This document shows, piece by piece, positions 30,630 through 42,204 of a DNA stretch of 64,000 nucleotides. The DNA is from Macrostomum lignano (Eukaryota): positions 372,001 to 436,000 of the forward strand of contig NIVC01000202.1 of the NCBI GenBank assembly GCA_002269645.1, read 5' to 3'. The notes under the pieces are model-generated. The model was not told the DNA's origin and did not search any database. It saw only the letters and a program-made list of their open reading frames with translations. Made by a program: the position numbers and the translations under genes. Within the stretch, counting starts at the first letter, position 1. Every line of letters starts with the position of its first letter.

Positions 30630-31682
30630 GGGGTGTGTGGAAAAAGATACTGTGACAAGAATCGCTAAAAAGTTGTTGAAAACAACTCTCTTGTGACTCA
30701 AGCGACTCTGGGGCCATTCTTGCGACTTTTGCATGACAAACAAGTCACGTGAGTTCTAGAATCGTAAAACAGTCCAAGAATCGTTGCGTTGGCGCTTAAC
30801 TTTCACTAGAGATGTGCGACTGATTAATAAAGCGACGCAAATGTCTCTATAGCGACTCCAGCACGCCTCAAATACGACTCTTCCGCCCCAGAATCGTTTC
30901 AGAGTCGCAGACAATAAATACTTCAAAGTGATTCTCAAACTGACTTCTGTCCTATTTGACCTATGTCATCTGCAATGCGTCTGAAACGACTATGGGGCGA
31001 CGCAAGTGACTCCGGGACGCTTCTTGACCTGGGTACCGTTTTCATCGGGAATCCCAGAGCAAAAACTGTAGCAGTTGCAAGCACAACTTTGGTGTCGTTT
31101 CAAAGCGACACATCTCTTCTTTTCAATGAATTCAGTCGCGTGTATTTTGGTCATTTCATTCAAAAATGGTGTTACCAAGAAGTCGTCAAAGAGTCGCCAA
31201 AGAATCACTGAAGTGTTTTGTTTTATTTGTTTGCAACTCTGGGGCCGTAGAGTCCTATTTGAGGCGTGCTAGAGTCGCTATAGAGTCACTGAGTTGTGTT
31301 CAAAGTACTTAATGAATCAGATTCACATCTCCGGCCTTTCAGCGGTGTTCTTCAGTCGCAAAAAAGTCGCAGAATCGTTAGTGCCTCGCTTTTAAGACGC
31401 TCTGGACAGTTACAGTCAGAGTTACAGTTACGTAATAAACGCTCAGTGTAGCTTATTGGCGTTAATTGCAATCTATTGCTAGCTATCCTACTGAGTTAGT
31501 AGAAAGTTAAGCACCAACACAACGATTCTTGCACGACTCTGTCGCGACTCTTACGATTCTACAACTCACGTGACGCGCTTGGGACGCAACAGTCGTCTCT
31601 CCGTCGCATTTGACGCGTTTGAGTCGTTAAAGAGTCACAAGAGTCGTTAGAGGCAAGAGTTTTTTGCAGCCCACAGCCCCTG
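30630..31682. mobile_element. Old foldback/MITE-like element with long interrupted inverted arms rich in GCGACTC/GAGTCGC motifs (intron 10)
   Basis: Paired blocks: GTCACGTGAGTTCTAGAATCGTAA (~30745) vs 31550-31575; CTCTATAGCGACTCCAGCACGCCTCAAATA (~30845) vs 31255-31285; AGGGG/CCCCT-like ends. Confidence 0.65.
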
Positions 31683-31750
31683 CTAACTAACAGGTTATTT
31701 CATATGAACGATTTTTTTTCTTAAAACAAAGACAAAACAAAAATGCGCAC

Positions 31751-31883
31751 TTTTTCCTTCGCTGCCGTTCCTGATCGCCGCCAAAGAAGCTGTGACCGCT
31801 TGAAGTCATCGCGTCGTCAGTGGGGTATCGGGCGTCGTAACGGGATGAGCCGTCTGGCAAGTAGGAGGGCATGGGGACAGAAG
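31751..31883 (-). CDS. PPFIA: Liprin-alpha exon 10
   Basis: cacgcag|CT (phase 1) ... ERQRRK AA|gtgcgc (phase 2), joining into K-EELLEQ (cf. conserved KKKHELLEE). Confidence 0.8.
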
Positions 31884-31989
31884 CTGCGTGTCTTATTAGA
31901 AATGCATGAGCGTAACGCTAATGTGGCACATACGCTAGGCTGCAAACCAGACCCTCAAGATTTTGGAGTTATATAGTCACCTAAATCCT

Positions 31990-32535
31990 GAGGATCTGGG
32001 AGGCTGGTCAAGCAACTGAGGATCTGGGAGGCTGGTCCAGCAACTGAGGATCTGGGAGGCTGGCCCAGCAACTGAGGATCTGGGAGGCTGGCCCAGCAAC
32101 TGAGGATCTGGGAAGCTGGCCCAGCAACTGAGGGTCTGTGAAACTGGCCCAGCAACTGAGGATCTGGGAGGCTGGCCAAGCAACTGAGAATCTGGGAGGC
32201 TGGCCAAGCAACTGAGAATCTGGGAGGCTGGCCAAGCAACTGAGAATCTGGGAGGCTGGCCAAGCAACTGAGGATCTGGGAAGCTGGTTCAGCAGCTGAG
32301 GATCTGAGAGGCTGGTCCAGCAACTGAGGATCTGGGAGGCTGGCCCAGCAACTGACGATCTGGGAGGCTGGTCAAGCAACTGAGGATCTGGGAGGCTGTT
32401 CCAGCAGCTGAGGATCTGGGAGGCTGGCCCAGCAACTGAGGATCTGGGAGGCTGGCCGAACAACTGAGGATCTGGGAGGCTGGTCCAGCAACTGAGGATC
32501 TGGGAGGCTGGCCCAGCAACTGAGGATCTGGGAGA
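31990..32535. repeat. 28-bp minisatellite (CAACTGAGGATCTGGGAGGCTGGCCCAG), ~19 copies, intron 9
   Basis: Direct reading. Confidence 0.95.
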
Positions 32536-32592
32536 GGCCAAACTGCAAGCAGTTATAAGAGCCGGCATACACTACTAAATAAGGCGGTTTAC

Positions 32593-32908
32593 CCAGCGTT
32601 CTAGATCGAGGCGGCTGCGGCGAGTCCGGCCGCCGAAATATCCGGCCAAGAGTGCCGCCTAGGCGAGATTTTTTCTTGCCAACACCCCGACGCCGCTGCT
32701 GCCGTACGCGGCGGCCAGCTGCTGCTGAGGCGAGCCGGAGGAGTTGCTGCTGCTGTGATAAGCATTGTTACTATTGCCGTTGTTACCGTTGCCATTATTA
32801 CTAATAGTATTAGTGTTATTGTTATAACCGGAAGCATTTAGCGAGTCCCGACTGCCGCCGGATATTGGCGAGGAATGCGGCGACGAGCCGAGAGCGATTT
32901 CGGGCGAC
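32593..32908 (-). CDS. PPFIA: Liprin-alpha exon 9, with an apparent 1-nt deletion at the C4 run 32685-32688
   Basis: The 5' part reads GGSRDSLN (cf. SSQDSLH); the 3' part, in another frame, reads GKKKSRLGGTLGRIFRR (cf. KKKGIKSSIGRLF). The exon is 316 nt but flanking phases (2 in, 1 out) require 317. Confidence 0.75.
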
Positions 32909-33194
32909 CTGCATAGCAACAAGATGGGGGATCGACGATAGCCGCTTAGGTATTGGATAAATAACAGCAGCTTAGTAGCACTAAGTTATTTTGGATTCCA
33001 AAATGGGATAAATTAAAGCTTAGCTATGGCTAAGCTTTAGCTATGGCTATGGCTACTATTGAATTAGACGTAGTTAATGGCCTTTCGGCGGGAAAATGGG
33101 CTGCTAAAATGGCTATGGAGGCGCCAATGAGGGTAGTGAGGCGCGAAAATGAGTTATGTGGCACTAAAATGGGTGTTTTTGAGGCTCAAAAATG

Positions 33195-33440
33195 TCTTAG
33201 TGTCTGTCCGTCTTAGTGTCTGTCTGTCCGTCCGTCTTAGTGTCTGCCCGTCTTAGTGTCTGTCTGTCCGTCCGTCTTAGTGTCTGTCTGTCTGTCTTAG
33301 TGTTTTAGTGTCTTTCTGTCCGTCCGTCTGTCTCTCTGCCTGTCCGTCTTAGTGTCTGTCTGTCTGTCTGTCCGTCTTAGCGTCTGTCTGTCTGCCTGTC
33401 CGTCTTAGTGTCTGCCTGCCTGTCTGTCTGCCTATCTAGA
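33195..33440. repeat. (TGTC)n/GTCTTAGTGTCT low-complexity array; related copy at ~34214-34345
   Basis: Both tracts are followed by GAATCTCTATGGCCAAA. Confidence 0.8.
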
Positions 33441-34807
33441 GAAGAATGAATCTCTATGGCCAAATATATTTCGAGGCGCTAAAATGATGAGCATTGAGAC
33501 GCTATAGCAGTTATTTGAGAAGCTTAATTGGATAATTGCTCGTAGGGCGCTATAATTTCGGTATTAGAGTGTCAAAATGATCCCAGGGCGTCAGTTTTTT
33601 ACTATATTCTTTTGTTTCCTATCTGGTTTTGGTTCTTGTCCTTTCTGTTCAAACAGAACTCCAAGGACGGAAAAACTGTACTTTATAACGGGTACTCTGA
33701 TCAAAGAACAAGAAACACACTGAAGCAATCAAGGCAATAAAATCCATTCTCAATCGCATGCAAAGACGATGGAATCAATTCTTTCATTTCAATATTATTA
33801 CTGTTATCAAAACGCATGCGCACTTGTTATTGTTCTACTACTTTTAAGTCAAGTAGGAACTTCAAGACTTGAATATTGTTTTTTCCCAAATCAATTCCGC
33901 TTGAACTCCATGCATGCGGTCGCCTCTGTGTAAAGGACACTGGTTTGGCCATAGACGCTCTAGCTTATGCGTATCCAGCCAATTTGAAGTCGACAGCACA
34001 ACAACAGAGCTTGTTTATTGCCCCTCTGCCTCATAGCTTAACTTCTCCGACCGGTTTTTAAACACATCTTAACCCCGCTCAAGTCAGTGTTACCTTAGGT
34101 CTCAAGCTTTATAGCTATCGATATGTATCATGTGTATGCTTAGTGGCGCTGGCTAATGTGCGCCCGTACATTACAGTATTATTTCTTACAGAATTGCTTC
34201 AACACTCCTTTGCTACTGAAGGTAGATGCAGGTGTCTGTCTGTCTGTCTGTCTGTCTATCTGCCTGTCTGTCTGTCTGTCTGTCTATCTGCCTGCCTGCC
34301 TGTCTGTCTGTCTGTCTGTCCGTCTGTCTGTAAAGAGTGAATCTCTATGGCCAAACCAGTATTCTCTTCCACAGATGGAATGCCTTGAGAGGGGAAATGA
34401 GAGAAATCTGCATCTTCAATGCACTAATTCATGCTCAAACCACTCAATGCCCTTCTGCAGTCTAAGGCACCTCGGCTCAGTCGATGTTAAAAATGACACA
34501 ATTTCGGCCAGACTGTCAGCTTTTCCGCGGCTACAAGCCTTCTGATTGGCGGCTGAGCCTTTCTCCGACTGGGTCAGCTTGAGCGGCGGAGGGCGACACG
34601 GTGACGGGTTTGATGAAGCCGAAGAGGAAGCTGCGCTGTGCCCGTTGCCAGCTTTGACTGCCGGGGAACTTTATTATTTTTTTCAGAGATTTTAGGAAAG
34701 CAAAAAGGAAATGGGAAGATTTTTAAATAGCAATTTGATTAAAAGCTCCAACCGTCTGAAATAGTTTCTTTGAGACAAAGACGCAGTCAACTAGTAATAT
34801 ACTTCAA

Positions 34808-35245
34808 TAACAAAGACCACAATCACTAGCAGTGAAACAAAGACCACCATCACTAGCAGTGTAACAAAGACCACCATCACTAGCACTGAAACAAAGACCA
34901 CCATTAGCAGTGAAACAAAGACCACCATCACTAGCAGTGAAACAAAGACCACCATCACTAGCAGTGTATCAAAGACCACTATCACTAGCAGTGAAACAAA
35001 GACCACCATCACTAGCAGTGTAACAAAGACCACCATCACTAGCACTGAAACAAAGACCACCATTAGCAGTGAAACAAAGACCACCATCACTAGCAGTGAA
35101 ACAAAGACCACCATCACTAGCAGTGTAACAAAGACCACTATCACTAGCAGTGAAACAAAGACCACCATCACTAGCAGTGTAACAAAGACCACCATCACTA
35201 GCAGTGAAACAAAGACCACCATCACTAGCAGTGAAACAAAGAGTG
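34808..35245. repeat. 27-bp minisatellite (AAACAAAGACCACCATCACTAGCAGTG), ~16 copies, intron 8
   Basis: Direct reading; 9-aa periodic ORF. Confidence 0.95.
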
Positions 35246-35275
35246 AAACGCAGAACTGCACGAACACAGACTCAC

Positions 35276-35403
35276 TCGTGCGCTTTGGCAAGAGCTCTGG
35301 CGACGCGTTCTAGTCGAACCGATCGTGGCGTAGTTGGCGGAGACTCGGCCAGCTGCTGCTGTTGCAGATGCTGATGCTGAGGCACAGTGGACGCCGAGCG
35401 GCC
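35276..35403 (-). CDS. PPFIA: Liprin-alpha exon 8
   Basis: tgtcaag|GGC ... ESPPTTPRSVRLERVARALA (conserved in invertebrate liprin-alpha) ... CAC GA|gtgagt. Confidence 0.85.
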
Positions 35404-35936
35404 CTTGACATGAGAGAGAATGTTTCAAGCATGCAGTGCCCAGTGAAATTATAGAGTTACATATAGATTCACAAAGTAAAATTAAAAAGGATCAAAGAAC
35501 TACACAATAGAATATTACGAAGCACAACACAGTAAGGCTAAAAAAGATAATTTAGCGGTACATGTACACTGTGAACAGCTGCGTGAAGTTTCTGGGTTAG
35601 GAAATTCAAGGACTACAGACCGGGAAGCTGACATGTCAAGGCTTACGGGGGGAATAGCTGAGATGTCAAGGCTCACGGGGGTAAAAATGAGATTTCAAGG
35701 CTAAAGTCAGAAGCTACATGTAGTTTATTGAAAACTTTTTATTACATTATTTGATGCCTCCTCAGGGGAGGGATCGCTGATAAAAAAAGCGTAATGTAAA
35801 AAATAAAAGAAGCTTCATGTCGAAGTTAAGAGATTCATTTGGGAATCCCTACGATGTCGAGGCTTGCAGGGAATCGCTATAATGCTGTAGTAGTGCTATA
35901 ATGACTCTTAGAGAGAATTACTGAAAGTTCAATGCT

Positions 35937-35992
35937 TTAGGGTTAGGTTAGGGTTAGGGTTAGGGTTAGGGTTAGGCTAGGGTTAGGGTTAG
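35937..35992 (+). repeat. Interstitial telomeric repeat (TTAGGG)n, ~9 units including TTAGG and CTAGGG variants
   Basis: Direct reading. Confidence 0.9.
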
Positions 35993-36964
35993 AAGGTTGA
36001 CAGATATTTTTAGATTTCCAAGGCTTATTGGGGGCATTGCTGAGATGTCAAGGGGGGAAGTTGGTATGGTAAAGCTTTTGGGCGGGAATTACTGACATGT
36101 CAAGGCTTACAAGGTTTGACAGGAGATTTTTTAAGACTTCAAGGATACATGTAGCTTATTAAAAAAAACGTGTATTGCATTTCTTTGGCTCCCCAACGGG
36201 GGGCGTAGATTGCTAGTTTTAGCTAAAAATTTGTAATTGCTTTTGATAGCAAGCTATACTACGTACATGTCCTGTGCCTAATAATAAAAAATCAAAACTC
36301 AACTCATTCAGAGTTTTAAGAATCTTTTAATCATATTTGGCTTACTGACTTTGTAACAAAATTTGCAATGATTGTATACTCCTTGAACTCAGTGTTAAGC
36401 CTTCGTTGAAGTCGAATAAAATGCTTTAGTTATATCCTATTAGGCTAATATAGGCTCATTTTTCTGAATGCTTGAATTATTGTAGTTAAAAATCATTTTT
36501 TTGTTACGCAATCAATAAGATAAGAATGATAAGTTGTGCTGTTTTTTATTAATAGAATATCAATAGAGCTTCAGGAAAGGCAAGACATATTAAAAGATGA
36601 GCATTGGGTCTAACTGCTATCAAAAGAAATGACAATTTTTGTACCGAAAAAAAGAAAATCTCTAGCCTCCGTATTTTTTCCTGAAAAATTTGCCTCCTAA
36701 AATATTTCCAAGAAACCTAAATCCTGAAGGTTCTGGATTATGAAATTTCGATCTCGGTAATTGAATACCCTCGATTTTAAAGTAGCTGTAAACCGGTGGA
36801 GTAGAAAAAAAACTGAAAAAAAACTTGCTAATGCTACTATTAGTAACATATATACGGCGAAAGTGACAGTATCGAGAAGTCACAAGGTAAAAAATTGACG
36901 ACAATATTCAGCAGGTTATAATATAACTAAGAACTCTACTGGGAGGCGTTCCTGATCTCTGTAC

Positions 36965-37090
36965 CTGCCAGTGGTTCAGAAACGGCGAATCCTCGTCTGC
37001 CGACAGATGCGGCGTAGACGAGGACAGCCGGTGACGACGGCGAGGCCGCTGCCACCGATTCACGGTGCCGGATGGGAACAGGTGCTGCTG
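36965..37090 (-). CDS. PPFIA: Liprin-alpha exon 7 (low-conservation linker)
   Basis: ctgctgcag|CAG CAG CAC ... TGG CAG|gtacag; 126 nt, phase 0-0, open frame; no conserved motif recognised. Confidence 0.6.
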
Positions 37091-37439
37091 CTGCAGCAGC
37101 AGGGGATGTGAAACAGTTCAATGATGAATAGCAGAAGATTTTCAATCCAATCATATATGCAACAGATAATCAGAAAGTGACCGCGTGTCTGCATGCGTAT
37201 CAGCGACATGAGCAGGCCGACATTTCTGCAGGCACACAGCCCCTGGGAAGTTTCTCTCTTAGTTTAGTTACAGGCAGGGGCTGTGTGCACCTTGGCGCAC
37301 TTTCAGCGACATTGTCACATAACCGGCGAGAGGCATTGCTGCCCATTCCACCGACTCCCCTGAGCAGGCACACAAGCGCGCGGATACGTACGCAGTCATA
37401 CGCACAGGCACACACTCACACAGGAGTGTACAGCGGCCC

Positions 37440-37630
37440 TAACTTTATTTATCGTTAGGCATGTACACTTCACTGTGCCTTGGGGGTTGGCCTCCAAGGC
37501 AGTTAATTGCACGAGCAGAGCCAAGCCGAGATTCCAATTTAGCCCCAAATTAATGTGACTGCACTTGGAATCGAGCCTGGGCCGCTGGCGCATCAGAACG
37601 CAGCGCTGGACCATTGGGCTACGGCCCCCC
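37440..37630 (-). mobile_element. Degenerate tRNA-headed element (second SINE family or tRNA pseudogene), intron 6
   Basis: A-box-like TAGCCCAATGG and B-box-like GGCTCGATTCC; no valid cloverleaf; ends near AATAAA. Confidence 0.45.
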
Positions 37631-37695
37631 CACTTTGCCCCCAGCAAACCAAACAAAATAAATCAATAATATTAAAATCCAGCATCCAGCCTTAC

Positions 37696-38043
37696 CGAGT
37701 AGCCAGCTGGGGTGCTTCGCCCGCTAGTAGGCGGACTGCTCGGCATCTGGTGATGCTGCTGGTATCGCTGCTGATGATGCTGTTGTTGCCATGACGACGG
37801 AGCCGCAACTACATTAGTGGAGCTGCCAACTCGAGATTGTAATTCTTCGGCTCTCTGCTCGGCGGTATCTTTCTCCTCTTGGATGAGGCGAATCTCATTG
37901 TTAATGGCGTCCAGCTGCTGTTGAATAACCAGGGCCAGCGACTGAGCCTCGGAGTGCTGCGGCGCCGGCGGCGGCGGTGGTGGCGGCGGCGGAGTCGGCC
38001 GAGAGGACCCCGGTGGCGCCGGAGGATGAACCGGATCGAATGC
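37696..38043 (-). CDS. PPFIA: Liprin-alpha exon 6 (LH2-region helix)
   Basis: [41 protein letters not shown] matches [41 protein letters not shown]; [10 protein letters not shown]; phase 0-0, donor gtaagg. Confidence 0.95.
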
Positions 38044-38389
38044 CTGCGTCAGTAGAGAGGGAGAGACAGGCATTCGTCGGGGTAATTAACATAGAAGAGC
38101 TGGCTTGTAGCACATATGCGACTTGGGAGAGCTTCAGAATTGTACAACATATAGATAAAAAATAAGTAGAAGTGCGTGCCAAAATTCCAAAACACAGCAA
38201 TGTCTGGCAGGCTAGGATTTGGAAAGAAACATAGAAATAAGAGGCAGATTTACATTTAATAAATTACTAAAATATAACAAGTTCCAGGCGGGTTAGTAAT
38301 GCGCGCCTTCGGTAGAACATTCAAAAGTCCGTGCTCATATATAACTCTTCGCACCAGAAATCTACTAACTACTGGAAATCAACTGCTAG

Positions 38390-41300
38390 ATAGGGAAATC
38401 CCACTGTTGAAAGGGAAATCCCACTGTTGTAAAGGGAAATCCCACTGTTGAAAGGGAAATCCCACTGTTGTAAAGGGAAATCCCACTGTTGAAAGGGAAA
38501 TCCCACTGTTGTAAATGGAAATCCCACTGTTGTAAAGGGAAATCACACTGTTGGAAAGGGAAATCCGACTGTGGAAAGGGAAATCACACTGTTGGAAAGG
38601 GAAATCCGACTGTGGAAAGGGAAATCCCACTGTTGTAAAGGGAAATCCCACTGTTGAAAGGGAAATCCCACTGTTGTAAAGGGAAATCCCACTGTTGAAA
38701 GGGAAATCCCACTGTTGTAAATGGAAATCCCACTGTTGTAAAGGGAAATCCCACTGTTGTAAATGGAAATCCCACTGTTGTAAAGGGAAATCACACTGTT
38801 GTAAATGGAAATCCCACTGTTGTAAAGGGAAATCACACTGTTGGAAAGGGAAATCCGACTGTGGAAAGGGAAATCACACTGTTGGAAAGGGAAATCCGAC
38901 TGTGGAAAGGGAAATCCCACTGTTGTAAAGGGAAATCCCACTGTTGAAAGGGAAATCCCACTGTTGTAAAGGGAAATCCCACTGTTGAAAGGGAAATCCC
39001 ACTGTTGTAAATGGAAATCCCACTGTTGTAAAGGGAAATCCGACTGTGGAAAGGGAAATCCCACAGTTGTAAATGGAAATCCCACTATTGGAAAGGGAAA
39101 TCTCACTGTTGGAAAGGGAAATCCAACTATTGGAAAGGGAAATCCCACTGTTGGAAAGGGAAATCCCACTGTTGGAAAGGGAAATCCCACTGTTGTAAAT
39201 GGAAATCCCACTATTGGAAAGGGAAATCCCACTATTGTAAAGGGAAATCCCACTATTGGAAAGGAAAATCCGACTGTTGGAAAGGGAAATCCCACTATTG
39301 GAAAGGGAAATCCGACTGTTGGAAAGATAAATCCCACTATTGGAAAGGGAAATCCGACTGTTGTAAATGGAAATCCCACTGTTGGAAAGGGACATCCCAT
39401 TGTTGGAAAGGGAAATCCGACTGTTGGAAAGGGAAATCAGACTGTTGGAAAGGGAAATCAGACTGTTGGAAAGGGAAATCAGACTGTTGGAAAGGGAAAT
39501 CCGACTGTTGTAAAGGGAAATCCGACTGTGGAAAGGGAAATCCCACAGTTGTAAATGGAAATCCCACTGTTGAAAGGGAAATCCCACTGTTGTAAATGGA
39601 AATCCCACTGTTGTAAAGGGAAATCCGACTGTGGAAAGGGAAATCCCACAGTTGTAAATGGAAATCCCACTATTGGAAAGGGAAATCCCACTGTTGTAAA
39701 GGGAAATCCCACTGTTGAAAGGGAAATCCCACTGTTGTAAATGGAAATCAATGTTGTAAAGGGAAATCCCACTGTTGTAAATGGAAATCCCACTGTTGTA
39801 AAGGGAAATCACACTGTTGTAAATGGAAATCCCACTGTTGTAAAGGGAAATCACACTGTTGGAAAGGGAAATCCGACTGTGGAAAGGGAAATCACACTGT
39901 TGGAAAGGGAAATCCGACTGTGGAAAGGGAAATCCCACTGTTGTAAAGGGAAATCCCACTGTTGAAAGGGAAATCCCACTGTTGTAAAGGGAAATCCCAC
40001 TGTTGAAAGGGAAATCCCACTGTTGTAAATGGAAATCCCACTGTTGTAAAGGGAAATCCGACTGTGGAAAGGGAAATCCCACAGTTGTAAATGGAAATCC
40101 CACTATTGGAAAGGGAAATCCCACTGTTGGAAAGGGAAATCCCACTATTGGAAAGGGAAATCCCACTGTTGGAAAGGGAAATCCCACTGTTGGAAAGGGA
40201 AATCCCACTGTTGTAAATGGAAATCCCACTATTGGAAAGGGAAATCCCACTATTGTTAAGGGAAATCCCACTATTGGAAAGGAAAATCCGACTGTTGGAA
40301 AGGGAAATCCCACTATTGGAAAGGGAAATCCGACTGTTGGAAAGATAAATCCCACTATTGGAAAGGGAAATCCGACTGTTGTAAATGGAAATCCCACTGT
40401 TGGAAAGGGACATCCCATTGTTGGAAAGGGAAATCCGACTGTTGGAAAGGGAAATCAGACTGTTGGAAAGGGAAATCAGACTGTTGGAAAGGGAAATCAG
40501 ACTGTTGGAAAGGGAAATCCGACTGTTGTAAAGGGAAATCCGACTGTGGAAAGGGAAATCCCACAGTTGTAAATGGAAATCCCACTGTTGAAAGGGAAAT
40601 CCCACTGTTGTAAATGGAAATCCCACTGTTGTAAAGGGAAATCCGACTGTGGAAAGGGAAATCCCACAGTTGTAAATGGAAATCCCACTATTGGAAAGGG
40701 AAATCCCACTGTTGTAAAGGGAAATCCCACTGTTGAAAGGGAAATCCCACTGTTGTAAATGGAAATCCCACTGTTGTAAAGGGAAATCCCACTGTTGTAA
40801 ATGGAAATCCCACTGTTGTAAAGGGAAATCACACTGTTGTAAATGGAAATCCCACTGTTGTAAAGGGAAATCACACTGTTGGAAAGGGAAATCCGACTGT
40901 GGAAAGGGAAATCACACTGTTGGAAAGGGAAATCCGACTGTTGTAAAGGGAAATCCCACTGTTGAAAGGGAAATCCCACTGTTGTAAAGGGAAATCCCAC
41001 TGTTGAAAGGGAAATCCCACTGTTGTAAATGGAAATCCCACTGTTGTAAAGGGAAATCCGACTGTGGAAAGGGAAATCCCACAGTTGTAAATGGAAATCC
41101 CACTATTGGAAAGGGAAATCTCACTGTTGGAAAGGGAAATCCCACTATTGGAAAGGGAAATCCCACTGTTGGAAAGGGAAATCCCACTGTTGGAAAGGGA
41201 AATCCCACTGTTGTAAATGGAAATCCCACTATTGGAAAGGGAAATCCCACTATTGTAAAGGGAAATCCCACTATTGGAAAGGAAAATCCGACTGTTGGAA

Positions 41301-41710
41301 AGGGAAATCCCACTATTGGAAAGGGAAATCCGACTGTTGGAAAGATAAATCCCACTATTGGAAAGGGAAATCCGACTGTTGTAAATGGAAATCCCACTGT
41401 TGGAAAGGGACATCCCATTGTTGGAAAGGGAAATCCGACTGTTGGAAAGGGAAATCAGACTGTTGGAAAGGGAAATCAGACTGTTGGAAAGGGAAATCAG
41501 ACTGTTGGAAAGGGAAATCCGACTGTTGTAAATGGAAATCCCACTATTGGAAAGGGACATCCCATTGTTGGAAAGGGAAATCCGACTGTTGGAAAGGGAA
41601 ATCAGACTGTTGGAAAGGGAAATCCGACTGTTGTAAATGGAAATCCTACTGTTGGAAAGGGACATCCCATTGTTGGAAATGGAAATCCGACTGTTGGAAA
41701 GGGAAATCTC
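38390..41710. repeat. 20/21-bp satellite (GGGAAATCCCACTGTTGTAAA), ~160 copies, ~1-kb higher-order repeat, intron 5
   Basis: Variant blocks recur at offsets 1018 and 1000 bp (near-identical ORFs at 38985, 40003, 41003). Confidence 0.95.
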
Positions 41711-41864
41711 TCTTATTGGAAATAAAAATTCCTTTGATTTTGTCAGTGTCCCATTATCTCGCCAAATGCTTGTCAATAAATAAATACAATAGAAGGTGAT
41801 TCAGACAACATTAACAATACAGGACAGACACTTCGGACACTTCCGGACAGTGCCGGACACACAC

Positions 41865-42059
41865 CCAATCATCCTCGGCGGAATCCGAATAAACCAAATG
41901 ATTAGCGTAATCCATAGGGCAGGATTGGCTAACCCGGCCTGGATTGCCAAGGGAGTTGTAACCGTTCATAATTGCTGGCGGAGGCGGGGTTGGCTGCTGC
42001 GCACTGCCGCTGTAGGCTGTGGCGGCGGCGGCGGCTGCAGCGAATTCCTGCTCCCGAGC
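41865..42059 (-). CDS. PPFIA: Liprin-alpha exon 5
   Basis: cactcgccaaag|GCT CGG GAG CAG GAA ... YSDSAEDDW|gtgtgt; 195 nt, phase 0-0; resembles the EQDW...FESD..DDDD region. Confidence 0.65.
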
Positions 42060-42204
42060 CTTTGGCGAGTGGCAGAGCGTGTGGTCGATGCAATGGCAAC
42101 AAGTTATTCTACATGCAATCGATAATCAAGATAATAATGCATTTACACAAGACAAACTGCCTGGCTTATACAGTAAAATATTGTAATGCTGTTTCAGACT
42201 ATTA

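Noticed and set aside
34791-35291. Hydrophobic 166-aa ORF (VVFVSLLVM repeats) resembling a membrane protein
   Set aside because: It is a translation of the 27-bp minisatellite and is out of frame with liprin exon 8, whose own frame hits TGA immediately after the donor.
38379-41776. Long ORFs of 200-500 aa on both strands
   Set aside because: They are periodic translations of the 20/21-bp satellite within an intron.
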